DNA from: Piromyces finnis finn
Lineage: Eukaryota; Fungi; Neocallimastigomycota
NCBI GenBank assembly: GCA_002104945.1
Contig: MCFH01000087.1
Location: 65,308 to 129,307, forward strand
Length of the DNA: 64,000 nt
Direction of reading: 5' to 3'
In this document: positions 59,449-64,000 of the stretch, one piece after another
How positions within the stretch are numbered: position 1 is the stretch's first letter
Layout: every line of letters begins with the position of its first letter
The notes under the pieces: model-generated
What the model was told of the DNA's origin: nothing
Seen by the model: the letters and a program-made list of their open reading frames with translations, nothing else
Database searches by the model: none
Translations under genes and position numbers: made by a program

Positions 59449-62400
59449 ATGGTATGAAAAAGGCATAAAGCTTTGATTTGATTTGGTAATATGAAAATTA
59501 TAGTTCTTTATCCGTGGTATTCGTGCCTTCATTTATTTAATAAATGTAGTTTCTCAAGGGGGTCTACTCATGCTCATGGTACTGAGAGAGTAGAAAGAAT
59601 TAAATCCAAGTATTGCGCAATGGATACTTGGTTAGTCTTTATTTGGAAATATTATTAGGACTAAGCTCATGGTACTGAGCGAACAGAGTTGATAATTTGA
59701 GTGTTAGTTGTTATATCATATATCCCTTACACCTTCAACTTATTTTTTAGATAGTAGTTGCTTTAACAACTTTTATAACATATTATTTTAAACTTAAAAT
59801 TGTTTGATTCGGTAGTATTAAATACTGATTTTGAATATTTCTTGATTTCATTTTTATTTTAGCTTTCATCGATAATTTGTTATCCCAGTTTACTACTTAT
59901 TCTCTTTGTTCTTTTATTCCTTTTTTATTCTTTATATGTTGATTAGTCAGATAGTTTTGTTTTTTCAGTTAGTTGGTTATTCCTTTCATTTATTCTTGAG
60001 TTTCGTGTGGGGTGCAGCTTTCATTACTATAATCATATTTAATCTTTTATTTTTTCTATTTTTATTATTTACGAGGGGCGCGGCTTTTTTTTATTTTTCC
60101 TTTATGATTTTATATGATTCTAGTAATATCTTTTTTTATTTCTTATTTTTTTGTAACTCTAGATTTTCCAAGGAATCTCTTTTCTACTAACATTCTTTTG
60201 TATACTTTTTCTATCTCTTTTCTATATATATATATTTCTTATACTTTATATTATATGTATATTTATATATCTGTATAACTTAATTAGGTTTATTATGGAC
60301 TATTATGGTAAGTATTAACACCTTTTTTTCTTTAACATTTCTATTATCAAAGCTTCTATCCTGGAAAATCGAGTATTCTATTTTTATATTGTAAATACTA
60401 CTCTTGTTTCAATTTTATCTTTAAAAAAAAAAAAAAAAAAAAAATTTTATTATGTTTACCCAAAATTCTTCAACTTTTTTCCATTATTTTTGTTATAACA
60501 ACTTTTCACTCTTATTATCTCTCTACCTTACAACATAAACAACCTATATGAATGTTCAATTTCAACAATCAGAATCAACACAATACAATAATCATCCAAT
60601 AAATTATACAATTCTTATTAATATAAAGAGCTTTCAAAATACAGTTATAATACAGAAATCCAAAGTGATAGATATTCAAAATTTATCTTCCCGTTTAAAG
60701 TCTTCAGTAGAGTTAGAACTAAGTTTGTCAACAACTTAGCCACTTTTCCAGTTATAAATTTAAAATATTGTTTGACAAATAATCCACTTGCTATATAATA
60801 TATCCGTCTTTACTATTATTATTTTTATTTTACTATATATTTTATTTCATTATCTTATTTATATCATTATATCAATACTTCAAACTATTAATATCTATTG
60901 TCATAATAAGTTCTTTCAAAATGAACAATACCAATTGTACTGTACCTACCTTACGACGTGGTCTTCGTTTCTTCGGATCTAACTCCAATAAATCATATCT
61001 AATTTTTATCCATGATCTTAGTTCATGGTCAAAACAACGACTAATGGAATTTCTTTTAAAGGACATTCAACCTTTCAATGATATTCTTCAATCCCTCACC
61101 AAAAAATATTCACAATCACTCGGTATCTATTTCATTCTTAAAGTCAATGGAAAATGTCCGCTTAAAGCCATGTTACTTATACACTCACTTTCTGAAAAAC
61201 TCCCAATCTCTAGTAAAATATCTTGGAAATTCATTGATAAGCTCAAAAACAATAGATCATACAAAAACAAACGATCTATCAAATCTACTACTGGTCCACT
61301 CTCTGACGATTTCTATTTTAGTCATCTAAGCTCTAATGCTTCCTTTTTCAACTTATGTACTTGTTGGAACATCAATGGTTGGAACCCGGAGAAAAAGGAC
61401 GGTGTTTTATACTTCATCTCTGTTTTCAAACCTGTATGTGTCTGTCTTCAAGAAGTAGGTAACAGCCAATTCCTCTGTGGTAATGCAATTTCCTCCCCAT
61501 GCCTACTGAACTATAAACCAGTACACAGACGTGCTAATCCTAAAGTTCCAGGTATGAGAGGACTTTACATTGGTGTTCATAATTCTTGTTCCTTTACTCC
61601 TGAACCTCTTCTATATAAGTACATCATTTCAGTTACAATATTGTCATTTTGGAACCAGAGATGTACCATTGGTAATATTTACTTCCCGCAAACTAGATGG
61701 CCGGATGCTAGATTAATTGCCTTTGATGAACTTGATAAGTGGTTAACAACGCATAACAAATTCAACCACCCAGCTATCCTTGTAGGAGACTTTAATATGT
61801 CAGCTATTAAAATCAAATCTTATATATCACAACACTTCCCGGATTGGACTATGGCTGAGTTAACTGGTAATAATTTACCTGGGAAAAAGGATCTAAATCT
61901 TCATGCATTGATCATATTATATACAACAAAGCTATGACAGAACACATAAACAAATCTTCAGTTTGTGAAGTTTTCCACGATGTTTCTGATCACAAACCGA
62001 TCCTTGTGTCTTGTAAAAAAGACTCTTCGGATGATTTCAAAAAGCCTAAGAAGACCTTTAAGTGGTCAAGTCATATCTGTAACACAAAGTGTTCTGACAT
62101 TCTTACTAGTAATCGCTTTGCTGTTCTAGCTTCCGAGCTTGAAGCTAATTGCGATAGCCTTTCGGCTGACGATATGGTTTCAAGATTTTTAGATACTTCC
62201 AAAACTATAGGTAAAGAAATAAAAGCCATTGTGCCTGCAGATTTAAAAGGTCCAGCATTCCATTGCCCTCAATACATCAAAAACTTATCACATGAAAAAC
62301 ACCTGGCTTACAAAAATATTAAGCCCCTTTCAGATTGCGCTGACATGGAAAATTATCTTAACCAGTTCTCCATATACCAAAATCTATGTAATACCATCAA

Positions 62401-64000
62401 AAAGGTTAAGAGCAAATTCAGATCCAATCTCTATAAAGCTAATATTGTTTCTATCGGTAAACATTTTATTGATAAAAGCTTTAGACAAGGTTGGAAAGGC
62501 CTTAAAAAACTTGCCAAACCAAGTTATTCGTCCTCCCATGTTTCAACTATTAAGGACAAGAATGGCAAGGATTTATTTACTCCTCAAGAACAATTAAAAC
62601 GTTGGGCTGAACATTATGAAAATCTTGCATCTGATGTTACAAATCACAGCTTAAATCGTGGTTACTGGGAAAGAGCCTTCCAATTCAACCATATCAATCA
62701 AATAGCATGGGATATAAATGGTCCCATTTCTATTGAGGAAATTAGAAATGTTGTTCTGTCAATGAAGAATAACAAGGCTCCAGGTCCCGATGGTATCCCA
62801 ATTGAATTTTCAAAGCTTTCTTTTGTAACGAAGAACTGGAGAAAGAACATAAGTCTGCTGGAAATTGTCTTAAATTAATTTTTAATAAAATCTGGAATGG
62901 TTCCTTTCCTTTGAAATGGAACTCTGCTTCCATTGTTTCTATTCCAAAGAAAGGCGATCTTTCAGACTGTAATAATTATCGTGGTATTTCTCTCATCAAT
63001 GTAGGTTTAAAATTATTTCAAAATTGTAACTAATAGAATTTCAAAGTATGCTCTTTCTCATAATTTTATAAGACCTGAGCAATTTGGTTTTCGCAATAAA
63101 GAAGAATGATTAGCTTATTTATTTCCATTAGAGAAATCTGTCAAAGAAGGAAATTTAAAGGAAAAGCCACTTATGTCGCCTTTCTAGACCTTAAAAAGCA
63201 TACGACTCAGTTCCTATTTTTAATATCCTTACAAAGTTATATAAATTAGGTATACGTGGTAAATGTTTTTGATTTTCTCAATATCTCTACTCTACCTCTA
63301 AAGTTCGTGCACGTTTCTTGGATATGCTTTCCAATGAATTCCCTGTAAACCGTGGTGTAAGACAAGGATGTCCTCTTTCTCCTATACTGTTTAACCTCTT
63401 TATCAATGATATTTTAAATAAATGTGAAAGGCTTGGAGTTAGCTTAGGTAATAAACGTTGTTGTGGTGGCCTTTTCGCTGATGACATTGTTTTGATTGCT
63501 CCTAGTAAGAAGAACCTTCAAAAGATGCTTCAATCTAGTCCTTGTTGGGCTAATTTAAATGAAATGTCTTTTGGAATAAATAAATGTGCAACTATTGTTG
63601 TTAAACCTATCAACTTTAATAGATCCCCTAGTTATGTCGACCCAACATTTTACATCGGTATGTACTCGATTCCAAAGGTTTCTTGCTATACTTATCTTGG
63701 AATCCCATTCGACGAAGATCTTTCTTTGACTCCTATTCTGTCTAATATGTACAAAAAAGTTCAGAAATCTTTATTCTCTTTTAAGAACTTCCTCACCAAC
63801 AATTGTGTTCCTATTGGCTTAAAAAACATAGTAATTCATTCTTATATTTTAAGCAAAGTCTCTTATTATGCTCCTTTGCTTGGTTCCAACAAAAATAGAA
63901 CTAGAAGAGTCCAATCTCTTATCAATACTGCTGTTTTATGGAGTGTCAATAGCTTTCACAATAAAAGTTTTAATAACAAAGATTTTGTTTTTGAACGAAA
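59449..64000 (+). mobile_element. LINE family 2 (APE-RT) with upstream region and repeat X; true 5' end uncertain; runs off the window end
   Basis: ORFs 60921-61937 (WNINGWN, LQEVG, VGDFN) and 61934-62878 (SDHKP, KAPGPDGIP), then out-of-frame NYRGISL, GVRQGCPLSPILFNLFIND, GGLFADD, YAPLLGSNK. Confidence 0.88.
60921..64000 (+). pseudogene. LINE2 polyprotein with several 1-nt deletions (decay or consensus error)
   Basis: Frame breaks near 61875, 62808, 63108 and 63195, mostly single-base losses in homopolymers. Confidence 0.8.

Larger units (their letters stand above)
53748..59632. repeat. Large palindrome: arms 53748-56317 and 57064-59632, spacer 56318-57063
   Basis: The arms are reverse complements. 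Only a homopolymer-length difference and one substitution near the outer edge were noticed. Confidence 0.95.

Noticed and set aside
59575-59600. CTGAGAGA…GAAA as a hammerhead ribozyme core, or an HDV-like fold at the LINE2 5' end
   Set aside because: It does not fit CUGANGA, there is no stem II before GAAA, and I could not build HDV P1/P3/L3 pairings on either strand.
60548-60739. Short ORF conserved with 41553-41744 as a LINE2 ORF1
   Set aside because: It is only 63 aa, the copies differ at many residues and it has no motif. The similarity is explained by the repeat itself.
61870-63300. LINE2 frame breaks as programmed recoding
   Set aside because: They are multiple scattered single-base losses, mostly in homopolymers, in one copy. 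Decay or consensus error is the simpler explanation.

Overview
Very AT-rich eukaryotic DNA. Composition, Asn-rich ORFs and short AT-rich introns suggest an anaerobic gut fungus (Neocallimastigomycota-like); this is an inference. The window is mostly transposable elements. 1-34 kb is a nest of Ty3/gypsy LTR retrotransposons: a pol-less gag-protease element B interrupted by intact element A (4-bp TSD), a 5'-truncated element C, two intact chromoviruses D and E lying tail-to-tail, and LTR remnants. 35.2-39.8 kb is a multi-exon VPS53 gene. 40-53 kb holds a chimeric TE patch and two head-to-tail LINEs. 53.7-59.6 kb is a near-perfect palindrome with two identical MFS sugar-porter genes around an (ATAAT)n tract, nested in an older diverged inverted repeat. 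A second LINE family runs off the right end. The most notable signals are: (1) the transporter palindrome with stepwise arm identity and a LINE-derived 20-mer in both arms; (2) a tRNA-like A-box/B-box/oligo-T cassette conserved in chromovirus LTRs; (3) the same 1-nt frame break in two LINE copies that otherwise differ mainly at synonymous sites; (4) Tf1-style self-priming sites in D and E; (5) -1 frameshift signals and D-x-C protease motifs in the A/B/C group. All coordinates and counts were read by eye and may be off by a few bases.
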